A stretch of DNA of 64,000 nt from Xylographa opegraphella (taxonomy: Eukaryota), in contig JALDZX010000020.1 in NCBI GenBank assembly GCA_022813865.1, forward strand, positions 1 to 64,000. Direction: 5' to 3'. Position numbers and translations under genes: made by a program. Below are positions 44,668-58,402 of this stretch, in pieces; the first letter of the stretch is position 1, and every line of letters starts with the position of its first letter. Below the pieces are notes generated by a model. That model saw only the letters and a list, made by a program, of their open reading frames with translations, searched no databases and was not told the origin of the DNA.

Positions 44668-46993
44668 CTACCCCATCTCCTTCCTCACCGCTTCCAATAC
44701 CGCCTCTCCTCCTTCCATTTTCCCAAGAGCTGCCACCAAAGCCGTGTTTTCGCTCTGTAGCTTACCTGCCCTGTCCTCCAACAAGTTCATTTCCTTCTTC
44801 AATGCCTCCAACTGCTCCTTCATCACTTCCCTTACTTTCTCTACACTTTCCTTCTCTTCCTTCTCCTTCCGCTTCCTTTCCACTTCCTCCTCCGCTTCTC
44901 TTTTCTTTCGTTCTTTCTCTACCTCTGCCTCGCGCCTTTTTCGCTCCTTCTCCTCCTCTTTCCTCCGCTTCTCCTCAAGCGACCTCATCTCCTTTTCAAA
45001 GCGCTCTTCTACCTTTCTAACCTCTCGTGCATGCTTCTCTTCCGCCTTTTTGAGACGCGCTTCTTCTTTGGAGGTGAGCTCTTGTTTATCTTTAGTCTCT
45101 TTTGCTCTGGTTTTGCGGAGCTTCTCGTCAAGCTTCGCTTTGCTGGCGGCCATCTTGGCGATTTCTTTATCACGAGGTGAGACAGGTTGATTACTCTTAG
45201 TAGCAGAAGAAGTGGCCGAGAGCGGCGTAGAACGAATGGACGGACTGGAAAGATGGGAGTCGGCACTTGCGAAGGTTGCACTGGAAAATGTGGATTCAGA
45301 GTCGGAATCTGGGGTTTTAGTATTGGGTGTAGTAGCAGAATTTTGGAGGGACAATGGAGGACTTAAAGGTCGTTGTTGTGCTGGAAGGCGGTCGAGGATG
45401 GATTGAGGGCCGTAGGCTTCAAACGTTGTAGAGGCTGCATTTGTTATGTTTGAGAGTATGCCAGCCGATGGAGCCGAAGCTTCTTCGGCTCCTTTGAAGG
45501 GCTCATTTTCTCGTAGGACCTGCGAAGAAGCGTCGACTCTGTCCGCAGTACCGTCAAGGTGTGGTATATGGCCATCTGAGTGACAATTGTCTATATTGCC
45601 GATGTCTCCCGATTTCGTCGTTTCCGAGTCGTCGGCTTGGAGAACCTCTTCTGGAGAATCGGAAAGCTGCTTCTTACAAGCCCAGTTCAAGAATTTACTG
45701 GCATCAGCAACTATACTGGATGGCGTGCCTCTTTCTACCATGAACCGTGGTACACTACCTCCGGGATCGCTGCGAGTAATCATAATCCACTCGACAGGAT
45801 TCATCTCCGCGGTATCGTCATCTGATTCGTCACTTTGAAGATCTAACGCTTCACCTTTCGCTGTTCTACCTCTCGATTCCGCAAATGATATTGTCTTGCC
45901 TCGAGCTCGGCCATCAACATGTTCCGGAGATGTCGGCGAGAATGGACCGTTGGATTTCTCATCCATAGTCGATTGCACATCATTTCCGCCAGAACGAGAC
46001 GCTTCAAAGCTTCCTGACTTCTGGCGAGCATGTCGGAGAATCGCATTTTGCTTTATGGGAACACCATTTCCATACTGTTGCCTCATTTTCGTCAAGTCTG
46101 TTGTGGATGAAGATCGCTTTGATCTATTGGGTATTTCACGAATGAACTCAATGCTCTCGTATTCTCCTCTGACAAAGCCACTTCGAGGAGGGCAATCAGG
46201 ATGTTTGCAGGGTTTTGATATGACCATGAAATGTCGTGGCACTCCATCAAAAGCAGCTGCCTTGCGATCTTCGGCTGATTCTAGGGAATTGTCTCCAGAA
46301 CTCGGCTTGCTCAATGCGGCCGAGGAGGTCAGGAGCAGTTCCACGAAGTCTCTTGGTGCTGTAGGCCCCGGAAACTGTGCGGATAAATGATATACTGTCA
46401 CCAGGATGAGATTGGTTCCTCCACTCAGCCATACATAGGGAATGCTCACCTTCTAAGCAGCCGATACCTTCTTTCGCCTTCTTCTCCACCCTCTTTTCCG
46501 CTCCTATCCCTCGTATATTACCTTCACCAGGTGCACCTTGAACCTCCAAGCTCTCTGGGAACTCGCTTTTCAAGGCCTGCTTCCATTTGTGATACGGCAT
46601 TCCTTCGTGGACACTGCGCCTGGCAAACCATGCTCGTCCATCCTTACCACTTAGTTTGTAAACCCCTATCCCCATTGGATTTTCTTTGGCCGATAATTTC
46701 AGGGGCTTTCCCCATTCTTTCTGGAGGGCCGCATGCGCGGGCACTAAAGCCTCCGCTCGCGCCATGGACGGTGACATCTCAGAAGCATTACTGGCTATGG
46801 AAGCACCTGTATCAGAGCGAGGCCGCCCAGACTGTACGGCCAGGGCCGTAGGAGGTTGTGGTACAGAGTCAATGAGCAGCTGCCCTCTGGAAAAAGTGTC
46901 CTGAAGATACTTCTTCAACTGGGAATCTTCTGTAGGGATATCGGCATATGAGATGGGTGAAAGTCCCTCCAGGGCACTATGAAGGTCTGCCAT
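44668..46993 (-). CDS. DUF3074 (START-like) domain protein with C-terminal coiled coil (~756 aa); exons 46993-46450, 46394-44668
   Basis: WFARRSVHEG, YHLSAQFPGPTAPRDFVELLLT, FVRGEYESIEFIRE, VEWIMITRSDPGGSVPRFMVERGTP. Intron 46449-46395 (GTGAGC..CAG) keeps the frame. Confidence 0.85.
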
Positions 46994-47776
46994 ATCTTCG
47001 CAGTATAATTTAACTGCTAATTCCTCCTCATCACCGTGGTTTTGTACTGAGATTATTGTGTTGGCTGTTCAAACGACAGTAAGGACTTGACATGATACAG
47101 ACTATTGCGACACAGGGGGATGAAGAATTCGGTGTAAGCTCAAGACCTAGAGTAATAATACAGTATGGGGATTCCTCCAGTCAGTATTTCAGCCCATGAC
47201 GGTTGATTTGGAAACGTCAAGAGAAGCAAGATTTCGCGGGGTTTCACCAGGTGACAGCTTCCACGAACTGCGTCATGCCGGGATCCGACATCCGGGATGA
47301 TCCCCTGACATGCTGCATATTAGCGTAGCCCTACCCGGTCGATCATCACTTTTAGGGCGTGTCCATGTCGGCTAGGAAGCGACGAGAGATTACAGTTCAC
47401 GAGACATTCCAGCAATAGAAGCAATACGGAACACTGATCTCCCAAATATGGCGAAGATTCAGACGAAAATTGATGGCGAGATCCTGCGATTGTTTGGTAC
47501 ACCACTTCATACTGGCTTCGGGTTCCTTGGACATGCAATTGAAAGTCAACGATTTACTGTGTTGCTTGGCTGCTTGCAACCTATGTACAAATGATCGAAA
47601 AGTCTCGCTGGAGGACTCGGCGGGGAATATGGACCATACCAGTGGAGATACTCTACCGTCAAGCCATCGGCACGACAAGACCCCAGGCACGGCCTAGCTA
47701 CCTCAGATCAGACAAATCCCTTCACATACACGACAGGAAACAAAAACGCTGAATGTACGGTTTCCACATAAGGTGA

Positions 47777-48526
47777 TCATCTCTGGTCTTCGTAACCTCT
47801 TCTCTTGTTGAGATCTTGCGATGGCGGCGGCGGCGGTACGGATCCGTACGGCCCACCATGCTGCCCGAACAATGGCGGTGTGTATGTGCGGGGCAAGCCA
47901 GTCCTTCCTATGCTGTCTTGTAAACGCATTGGGTCCTGCCGTCTTGAAAGGTCGTACTGGTGCTGTTGCTGCTGCCTCATAGCCTCCTGCTGCTGGCGTA
48001 AAACATCATGCTCCCGAAGTGCGCCAAGCCGTTGCGCCTCATGTCTTGCCGGATCCTGCCGCATAGCTTCGTGGTGTTGTTGTGGTCCGAGCCGGTCCTG
48101 CTGAAGACCGTGCAAGGAGAACGACGGCTGTGGTCGCACCTGCTGGGACTGCTGCGAGTGGGCTTGCTGCTGCTGAGGGTAATGCTGGGGAAGTATCTGA
48201 CCGTATGGGGATGGCTTGAGAGCTTGGCTGATTTGCACCGGCTGACTCGCTTGTTGTGTTTGTTGGGGAAGGAGATTTGTGTACGACGAATTACGAGAGT
48301 GGCTTGGGGCGAGAGTCGGACTCCGAGCATGAGTCGCTTTCAAGGGCTGAAAAGCAGATCGTGAAGCCGGTTGAATAAATGCCTGCTGTACATGGGGAGA
48401 TCTCGATGCTTGTGTCTGAAACGATGGTCGCTGTTCAGCAATCGACCGTTGAATAGGCCAAGTGTTCAAAATGTCTCGTTGTTGTGCACCTTGCTGCTGA
48501 ATCTGATGTTGCTGTGGTGGTAATAC

Positions 48527-48560
<34 letters not shown>

Positions 48561-48597
48561 AGAATTTGCTGTGGATGTTGGCTATATTGCATTCGTA

Positions 48598-48637
<40 letters not shown>

Positions 48638-49357
48638 TTGTTGCTGTTGTTGTTGTTGCTGTTGCTGCTGCTGCTGCTGCTGAAGACTTTGTGCTCCATC
48701 ATTCGTGGCATCACGTCTGGAGAATTGCGGCAACGGCTGGCTGGGATGCTGATATATCTGACCCGATAAAGCAGGCGACTGTGGAGGTGGAGTGGCCGCT
48801 GCCAGACGAACGTCACTGATCGACCTGCGAGGTTGTGGATCTGTGGGTTCATCATTCAACAATGACATAAGATTCGAGCGTTTCACGGGAGCGGCTGGAG
48901 TTCTGGTAGCTGGAGGGGGAATTGGTGCGATTATCGTGTTGGCAGGAACGGAACTCGGTCGCACTTGATCTTGCCGAGGCGATATGAGGGATGGTCTATT
49001 ATATTGAGGCGATTGTTTACGCGATTCGAGAAATGATGCTTGCCCTAGAGAGTCCAGGCGACGCAGAGGTGGTGGGGAAGGATCTGAATTTGATGGTTGG
49101 TGTAGCGCAACAACCTGATGTTTTCGTTCCGTCTCATGTGGACGTTCTGACGTAGTACGAGCGAGAAGCAGTTGGCTGGGTTGCCGGCTATGTGTTGCTT
49201 GCCCAGGACCAGGTGTGTGACCTTGTTGTGATAATGATTGAGCAAGGTGTGGTGGAATTCCTTGAATGTCTTGTTCCTGTTTTGCGTAATGTTCCATACC
49301 GATGAGCTCTTCGAACTCCTGCGACGTTAGAGGTAGCTTCTGCTGCTGATGGATTAC

Positions 49358-49422
<65 letters not shown>

Positions 49423-52400
49423 GCTGTTGCTGTTGCTGTTGCTGTTGATGATGCTGGTGATGACGATGTTGAGACTGGTGATGGTCGACATGAGGTTTTG
49501 GAATTATAGGTCCAGGCTGAATCGTGGGTTGTGGCTGTTTTTCCATAGTGAATGTGCCAGACGGAGGTCCTACCAACGGCCGTACATTCCTTTGTGGTTG
49601 GCTTGATGTTTGATTGCGTGCATTGATGCTTCCAGTGAACTGCGAAGGTGTACTTAAGGTAGAGACTGTACTTGCTATCGCAGCTTGCAGCAAGGGGGTG
49701 AATCTTGGCTGGACGTTCGGAAGCGATACCTGTGCTAGTCCCATCGGCTGATATCCTGGAGTCTCGTTATCGAGATCCACATTCTCTGTATTGGGTGCAA
49801 GTGGACGATGCGAGGCGACATGAGTTGTAGGATCAATTCGGCGTTTTGGTATGGCTATACTGGGTTGTGGAGGGTTACCTCTGGGCTCGCCGCGCTCATT
49901 TCTTTCATCCGCCTGCTTAGCCGCCTCCTCGAGCTCGATTTTTCCTTTCTCGACTTCGCGAAAAAAATGATTCTTAACCTAATTTGACTTTAGTAATTGA
50001 AACACCATGTGAAGGCTCGAGTATGCCTGGATCGCAGTGTGCTTACCATAACATGAGTCTTGGTCTTTAGTGCTTGAGAAATTTGCTGCCAGTCATGGCC
50101 ATAGTAACCTACAAGTCTCGTAAAGTCTTGTTGCTCGGGGACAGACCAATAGCTGGAGGTTAGAGATTGTGGCCGTTGTTGCAGCTCGTTTGAATTATGC
50201 TGTTGTAACGTGACCGCTTGTGACAGTGGCGATGACTCAGGTACCGCCTCCACTTCTACAGGAGCGGGAAGGATTGGTGGGCCATTCAACCAGGTTGCTC
50301 CTTCCGAAATCTGCTCTGCGCTAGATGTGTTAAGTACTTCGAATTGTCTCAACTCTTCCGGTCGCTGCGGATCCTCAAGCTTTGGTTCCTTGCTCTTTCC
50401 TGTATCGAAATCTACCTCTTTCTTCGACGGCGAGGGTCCTGGCGCTGCTGCGAGGAATGGCGCTTTATTACGTTTTGCACCCTTTTCCCTTGTTCCTGTG
50501 CGAGCACGCTTGATCGTAGGTCTTTCCGAAGTGGAATCTCCAGTAAGATCGCCTTTACCTGATCCAGCACCTCGGCGTCCGGGTGTCGGCACAGGCGTGA
50601 TAGCATCGCCTTCTCCAGTCACGTCTCTCTCGCCAAAGATGGGGGCTGCAGTGCGTCGTGGACGGCCAGCTGAGGTGAATTGTGGCTGTTCAGTATCATT
50701 ACCGCTACCGTCATACATTGTAGCTCGTGTAGAACCCATGTCAGCCATTAATGCACCTGAGCGAGATGGTACTTTAGTACTCCTCGGCTTACGCCCTTTC
50801 TTCAGTACTGGCCTCTCCTTGATCAGCTTCTTATAATCCCACTTCTTTTTACTTAAGTAGTAATGCCGAATACAGTCTTGATAGTCGCGTCCTGGAATGA
50901 ATGATGCTATTTGACCCCATTTCTTTGTAAAAATCAAATAATATTCGGTAAAGATTTCATGTTCCTTGGTTGTAAAGTCATCTTTCGGCGGGACGAATGC
51001 CAAGACCTCAAGAGCTTTCCGGGTGGGGATGAGATGATTGGTGTCTTCAAACAAACTCTGCTTCTTATCGAATGGACTTAACATGTCTGGGATGACTGCT
51101 TCCTTCTGTAGATCAGCGAGAGCCTGATTCTCCTGCGCCTGTCGTTCTCTAAACTCGGCGGCCTCTGCCGCTTCTTGCTTGGACAACTCCACCACCCTTT
51201 GGTAATCAAGCTCACTCACATTGGCTGAAGCAGAAGATCTCCCCACTCGTCTGCCTTCGATAACTGGCGTGGGAATGAGGCTTGGAGCTTCAGTTGGAAC
51301 AGGTGAAGGGGTTGCGTTACCTTCCTCGGCCGCTTTCTGTCGGTCCATAGCCTCTACCTTGACCCTCCATGGCTTGTAGAGATCAGCATATTCTTCTCTC
51401 ATCCTGCTATACTGAACATCCATGTCTTCCTGCTTTTCGCGGAAATAATTCAACAAGTGGTCTTTAATAACATCGTGCCGGTAAAGATTCTGTTGAAGAC
51501 TGGAATTATTTGAAAGAGGTGTAGGAGGCCCAGAGATCAGATATGGAAGATTTTCTTCGGAAAGCGGAGGAGTTTGAGCAACTTCAGGCTCTTGCTTGAA
51601 GTCAGGAAAACCGCTTTCAAGAAGTTGTTTCTCTAAGCTTTCCGGGCTTGGTGATGGAAGTCCAAGACGAGCTTCAAGTTCGTATTTCTCCTCAGCTACT
51701 TCCACCTCCGGAAGGTTTCCACTCTTCATATCGTCCAAAGCGCTCTCTAGAGCGTCCACTTCTTCTAGAAGTGGAATAAGTTCCGTATGATGTCGAGGAG
51801 TCGGTGGTCTTTTCGCTTCAAGTGCATGCATCTCTTTGGTATATTTTCTTTCTTGCTCCTCGAAATCGGCTTCGTCGAGATCCATGTTTTCGTCGTCGTC
51901 GCTAACAGTATCCGATTGGCTCTTGACGCCTGTGGTAAAAGCGGTCACTTGTGAAACCTCTGTGCCTGGCATGGTCAGTGTTGGATCGACTGCCTCGTCA
52001 ATGCTGGAAATTCTCGTAGGTTCGGATTTGGCTGCAGAATCAAGGACCTCAGCCTTATATGTAGGTGGCTTTGTATGTTGCTGAATGTCTTCGCTTTCTG
52101 GAGCATTTTGGAGAGCTTCCTGTCGTAACTGAGCAATGGGGGGCCCACCGGGTCGTTCTTCCCCAGTATAATCTCTCTTTGCTGGAACCATAGGGTATAG
52201 TGTAGGTTGCGGTCTATTCATTATCGAAGGAGCTCGCTTTATATTGGGATTTATCCACTGGTTTGGTATCGATTTCGGTGCCATGGGTGCTCGGATAGAC
52301 GGTTGATTTTTCGGCCCTCGGGGGATCTTGAGCGGCGATCCAGTCGAGGATATATTTGGATTTGTTCTTGAGCCCGAATCCGGCAAATTTGACCGACCTG

Positions 52401-53949
52401 ATTGCTCAAGCCCCACAGAGCCATATGTGGATGCATTGTCAACGATGCTTGGCCTTGAGACATTTGTAATCGCGGGCCGAGTGTTGGCGGTTCGGGCTGC
52501 TTGTGCCGAAAGCGCTGAGGTAGTGGGCGAGAAGAATTGAGAAGCGACAGGGCGTTGTTGACCTCCAAAACGAGGAGCCGAGGGACTTTGGATACCGGAA
52601 CTCAAACCTTGAGTGAGGGCTCGATTTTCATAATGGTTTCCAATACCGCGACTTGGAGACGCTATGTTGTTTGCCTGAGGATGCCTAATGAAGGGAATTC
52701 CCGCCTTTGGTCCCGTAGGAGGCTGTGGCTGAGTGAGCTCAGCTTTGGGGGCCTTCGGGGCTACCTTTATCGGATCTGTGGCCTCGAACCGTACAGGTGC
52801 TGAGGAGGATCCATCATCCTTACTCTGCTCAAGTCTGCTTGCGATAACATGACCACCGACGGCTACTCGATGAGCAACAGAACCGAAAGCAGGTACTTGC
52901 GGCGCTTGGGGTGGTGAAGAAGGCGTCCCCGGGCCATTCTGATTTCTTGACAAGTCCGTACGAAGGTACGACCGAGGATCATCTCTCGGGTTCAAGTCAA
53001 CGCTTAAGGCAGAATTAGAGGGTCGGCGAACACCTTCCACCGCGGCTCCGCCAGGTTTAAAATTCGATCGCTCAGTATTCACGTAAGGAGGCGGTGGCAC
53101 GGACGCAGAATGTGGAGTGGAAGGTCTTGTATGAGTGCCACTGGACGTTCTTGAATCTGGTCTTTGGTGAGGCAAATCCCGCCTGTATCGATCGGAGTCT
53201 TTTTCCTTATCCCACTCATCAATGCTGTTCTTCTTGTCTTCTTCACGGCGCCCCGAATCTTTGTCAAGATCTCGTCCTCGATCCTCACGAGAATCTCGGT
53301 CCCGAATCCTGTCACGGGAACGACTTCTGGACGAAGGGCCATCCCGATCATCAAAAAAATGTCCTCGTCCTTTTCCTCTCGAATCCCAATCGCCCCTTCC
53401 TCGACCGCGATTACCTCCACGTCCGTAACCCCAACCAGATACAGTCGTATCGGAGATTGTGGAGTTTGCAGACAGAGGACCATCTCTTGAGCTTCTCCTG
53501 ACCCGATTCAAGTCTAGTTCTCGTGGTTCTCTGAAGTCTCTAGCCGGTGGTGTGCGTGATCGGGTAGGAGCTGGAGGAGATGGACGTCGATCGCGATTGT
53601 CGAAGCTGTCCCGCCGTGACCACTCACGGTCTACATCACGTCTTTGGAAAGGAAGATCTCTGTTATCGCCTCGACCAGCAAAGCCTCTACCCCGTAGAGG
53701 GTAACCGCCGCCACGAATACCATCGAATCCTGCCTTCGGACCTCGAGGGGCTTCTCTTGGTACATCACGTCCAGGGCCATGGTAGACATGACCTGTATTC
53801 CCACGATATATATTTTCTGATGAACGCGACGAGAGTGGTCCGCTATACGGAGCTGCTGGGCGTTTTTCACCAAATCCAGGAGGTGTATGAGTGTGGTCTC
53901 TTGGAGGATAGCGGGAGTCGCTAGATGTTGGTGGAAACCTTGAAGACAT
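47777..53949 (-). CDS. SNT1: SNT1-like SANT-domain subunit of the Set3 histone deacetylase complex (N-CoR-like, ~2034 aa); exons 53949-50047, 49978-47777
   Basis: Two SANT domains (FTTKEHEIFTEYYLIFTKKWGQIASFIPGRDYQDCIRHYYLSK; SSYWSVPEQQDFTRLVGYYGHDWQQISQALKTKTHVM/VKNHF). The second is completed by intron 50046-49979. RGG/RD-rich N-terminus and polyQ C-terminus. Confidence 0.88.
48526..49450 (-). repeat. Coding CAA/CAG trinucleotide tracts (polyQ) in SNT1
   Basis: Mixed CAG/CAA tracts at ~48526-48682 and ~22 uninterrupted CAA at 49358-49423. Confidence 0.95.
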
Positions 53950-54638
53950 ATGACATTCTTCAACTTAAGGTTCCAGGCTTCGTTGGGTGTACGCCCAACC
54001 CTCCGTGGTTTGACAGTTATTGATTGTCAAGATTCATGTATCAAGAGGTACCTGCTGGTCGACAATGCCTCCTTCGCTACGGAGAGGGAGCGGAAGCCAA
54101 TAGAAGCCCTTGAGAGTGGTTCGCAATAGCCCCACTGAGAATTCTCTCGACGGTAGATACGAGTGACGATACTTTATCGAATACTAAGTTAAGCGCCAAT
54201 CCATTCAGAGTTGGGCCTGTTCGTGGTAGATTTGGGAGAGACTTTAGCTGCTTCACGGTCAGACTATGCCAGATTGAATAGAATAGACTTGAGCGGATAC
54301 TGGCACAGGGTTGTCGTAGATGTGTCTTCAAACAATGTGGTAGGAAGTAGAAATAGAGCAGATGGAGTCAAATATGCAGCCTTCTTAGCCCGGTGTCTTG
54401 AAGAACCAATCGCGGTTTCAAGTAAGCTTCACTAGATCCCGTGTGCCTACCCCAATATGGTTAGATCGTATCATTATAATTCGTTGGATCCACGTAGGGT
54501 AATACCATAGTAGTGCGCGCGCTGCGCGTTTCCGAATTGACGTGAAATGCGACCTTCGGCGCCCACAAGTTACACGTTCAGCACATACGTCCAATTCGAG
54601 ATTCAAAGAGACTCCTTCCGATCAAAGGCGCATTCAAT

Positions 54639-56047
54639 ATGTCAGATTACGAAGATGACGAGATGGAGGTCGATGCGCCGCTCGTCAAAGACTCCGTCAC
54701 GTTCAGCTCAGATACAAACGCCAAAGGCAAACGAAACGCTGCAAATTTACCAATAGAAGCCGAGGATAGTCTGCCATGGTAAAGGTTCAGCACTGTAGCC
54801 TAAGCTCATTACTGATTCCGCTCACAAGGGTAGAGAAATACCGACCTGATACTCTCGACGACGTCTCCGGCCATCAAGATATTTTAACCACGATCAACAA
54901 ATTCGTCGAAACAAATGTATATTTCCAGCCGGCATTGAATTTGTGGATAATTGACAGTGAACTCTAGCGGCTACCACATCTCCTTCTGTACGGCCCTCCA
55001 GGGACTGGCAAAACATCTACAATCCTGGCTCTTGCTCGAAAAATATATGGTAATAAAAACATGCGCCAAATGGTTCTCGAGCTCAATGCCAGTGACGACA
55101 GAGGAATTGACGTCGTGCGGGAACAGATCAAAACCTTTGCGAGTAAGTGCACGGGCTTGCGACTCTGACTCCCATGCTGATCAGAATCTCCCGGTATCAG
55201 GCACAAAACAAATCTTCTCGTCCATGCCCAAAACTGGCGATACGCCCACAATTGGGGTGTTCAAGCTGATCATCCTTGACGAAGCCGACGCCATGACATC
55301 AGTAGCGCAAATGGCACTCCGGCGGATAATGGAGAAATACACAGCCAACACCAGGTTCTGCATAATAGCCAACTATACTCATAAACTATCACCCGCCTTG
55401 CTGTCAAGGTGTACGCAATTCAGATTCAGTCCCTTAAAAGAGCCTGACATTAAAGCACTGGTTGATCTTGTCATCGAGAAGGAAGAGGTTAAGATACAGT
55501 CGGACGCAGTGGAAAGTCTGGTCAGGCTTAGCAAAGGCGATATGCGGCGGGCATTGAATGTCTTGCAAGCATGTCATGCGAGTAGTCAGTTGGCTCCTTC
55601 ACGAGATAGGCACAGTTCTGACTGCTCTGCCCAGGCACACCTTTGCATATCAAAGACCAGCCTAAACCCGACCCTGCATCCATAAAACGCGAAATGATCA
55701 CGAACGAGACAATTTACGACTGTATTGCTGCTCCCCACCCTTCCGACATCCAAACGATTCTTACCACCTTGGTCTCCACCTCCGATGTCATCTCCTGCTT
55801 GACTACAGTCAATACATTCAAAGCCAACAAAGGCCTTGCCCTTGCTGATATCATCACCTCGCTCGGTGATGAGTTGTTGAAGCTAGAAGTGCCGCCACAA
55901 ACGCGGATCACGTGGTTGGAAGGTCTGGCGGAGGTGGAGTACCGGCTTAGTGGAGGCGGTGGAGAAGTCGTACAAACAGGAGGGATGGTTGGTGTTGTGC
56001 GAAACGGAGTTGAACTGATGGAACATGGGGGGACGGGAAAGGGATAA
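54639..56047 (+). CDS. RFC3: Replication factor C small subunit (yeast Rfc3 type, 399 aa); exons 54639-54778, 54829-54916, 54968-55142, 55201-55584, 55635-56047
   Basis: LPWVEKYRP, Walker [22 protein letters not shown], Walker [14 protein letters not shown] motif, [11 protein letters not shown]. Exon lengths sum to 1200 nt. Confidence 0.93.
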
Positions 56048-57435
56048 AGGCAGGGGGGACGTCAAATAGAAACGAGTTGCTGTTTTAGCGTTGCTATCGC
56101 CAATGTACTTTTCATGTGAAAGAGTTCTCCTGGGTACAATTTGTCTCGTCGAAGCCGGAATATCTTTAGCTGGTTTGGCTGAAGTGGTTGAGATCTTTGG
56201 GCATCAATCCTGCTCAGTTGCAGCTCCCAAGTAACAGCATGCTATGCTGACGCGGCCTCGTGGCAATAATAGAACCGAAAGGAAATATATGGTATTTGCC
56301 TGCACTATCTCACCAGTCCTTATACCGCACTATCCGCATCGAATACGTACCACTGTTCCATCTTTGTTCCTTGAATCTTCCGAACATTCAACATCGTAGT
56401 ACACGAAAGAATTTCGCCCCTTCCAATCTGCAAACCAAAGTCACTCTTTCTCCGCTGATCTGGTAACTCTTAAGTTGAGCTCCGTCTCCTCCGTCACAGC
56501 CTCAATGTCCTCAATGTCACTAGCGGATCCTTTATCCTCACTCTGATGCCAGTTAGACTTACCCTCTCCACTGGCCTTTATGGCTCGGCGAGCTTTTGGG
56601 CTGTTTGTATCCATTAAGCGTACCTACACCACGTGGCGTAGTAGGTAGTGTATGGTATGTTGAAAGGAAGCAGCATGTCTTGTCTGCCTTCAAATGCTCT
56701 GCGCCATCCCTGGGTGACGTATGCGCTGTCAGAGAAGCGTTTGGAGCGGAATTCGCAACTGGAAGAGTATGAAGAGTTGCATTGATTGCGAACACAACGA
56801 TGCAGCAAGGCAAGGCCTGAAGGACGAATGATGGTTTATAGTACAGGGAATAAAGTCACAATTGTAGGATTAGATAAATTAGTAAGATGCGCTTTGACAT
56901 CTATTTTAGAGAATGAAACTCTCCTTTGTATCATGGGAAGTTGGTTAATGAGGGAGAACAGGCAAGTTGGAACCAGACGAATAAAGCTCTCCTGGTCCAC
57001 GACACCTGATACTTCTTCATTATTGTATCAATGCTTGTACGGCAACAAAAATGAGACTAGGTTAAGGAGAGCTGGGCAGTGCGTCAGTTCTGATTTGTGC
57101 CATAACGAACAAGTCAATCTGAAAACATGCAATCAGAATAGAAGCAGATGATAGAACTGGACGACGGCCTCCCATCTCTTGAATCTTCTAGATGATCCAC
57201 AGATGAGATGGGGCTCCCGAACGGGATTCACTGGCTTTGAGCAGCAAGGAAAGTTGAGGAGATTCAAAGGATCGGTGTCTCGCTTATGTAGGTTTGATCT
57301 CATGCGTGCAACCCTAAACAACGACAGCCGAAGTTAAACTGCCCTACGTTGTACCTTACATCGTATAAACTGCGCAGTGTCTCAACAACTTCCTGACCTG
57401 AACGCTTGATAAACCTTGTCATTAACATCGAAACG

Positions 57436-58298
57436 ATGCCTGTGAGTTTCGCTCTTGCGAGTCAAAGCAACTCCAGTTAACCAAACCGTACGAGCAGGCA
57501 TATCACTCCATCTTCCTTCAAGACCAGGATGTCCGAATAATTGGTACATATTCCGTTCCCTGCATCTCTCGTAAAGCTACAGCTTTTGTGCCCATCTGAC
57601 TGCTGTAGGCAATATCGCACTCCTCCCTCTTCGAACCCGCACCCGCGGCCCCGCGTACGCTCTACCCCCACTACCAGCCTCTACAGCCGCGATAGACGTC
57701 GACCCAGACAGCGAGTCCTATGATCCCCTTGACGAAGTTCTCTCCTTGTTCCGCGCAAACACTTTTTTTCGAAATTTCGAGATCAAGGGTCCTGCTGACC
57801 GACTACTGATATATGGTATCCTGTTCGTGAGCGAGTGTCTGGGGAAAGTGCGGAGTACAATGAGCAGCAGAGAAGCTGAAAAGGTGATGAGCCTCATCCT
57901 ATGTGTGGAGTTATCTTTAATATAACGCGCTGATGAGATGACAGGCTCTGCTGAATGCGGCACTGGATCAATTCTCCATACCGGGTGACGCGAGCTTTCC
58001 GCTAAACCAGGCTTTCGAGGCACCGAAGGATAGACAGGATGCAGAGACATTGAGACAGTAAGCAGCGGAAGCTGTTACAAATACATTGAAGAAATGTGCT
58101 CACAACAGCAGATACCTATCACAAGTACGACAAGAATTGGCAATCCGGTTATTGCAGCGGATCTATATGGGAGGGGAAACACCGTCAAAGGTAGAGCTGA
58201 AGTTTAAACTGATTTCCTCCGAATACTCTTGCTAATATGACAATTTGCAGTGGTGGCTTAGCTTCACGAAGCGCAAGTTTATAGGCAAATCGCTTTGA
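57436..58298 (+). CDS. ARC18: Arp2/3 complex subunit 3 (p21-Arc, 188 aa); exons 57436-57441, 57498-57543, 57609-57883, 57945-58057, 58112-58190, 58251-58298
   Basis: Absent from the ORF track. Spliced product reads MPAYHSIF...GNIALLPLRTRTRGPAY...FRANTFFRNFEIKGPADRLLIYGILFVSECL...FSIPGDASFPLN...PSKWWLSFTKRKFIGKSL. Confidence 0.93.
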
Positions 58299-58402
58299 GC
58301 AGTTTTCGTGATATTCACGGCTAGCTATAAACCCCTAAGCCTTCAAACAAATCCTTCAAAGTTCCTTGAGCTGGTCATGATGATACCACCAATATATTTT
58401 CG

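Noticed and set aside
56440..57320. Exon-like minus-strand stretch (VRLMDTNSPKARRAIKASGEG...) between RFC3 and ARC18
   Set aside because: Upstream frame is interrupted by stops; I could not build a coherent gene or recognise a family.
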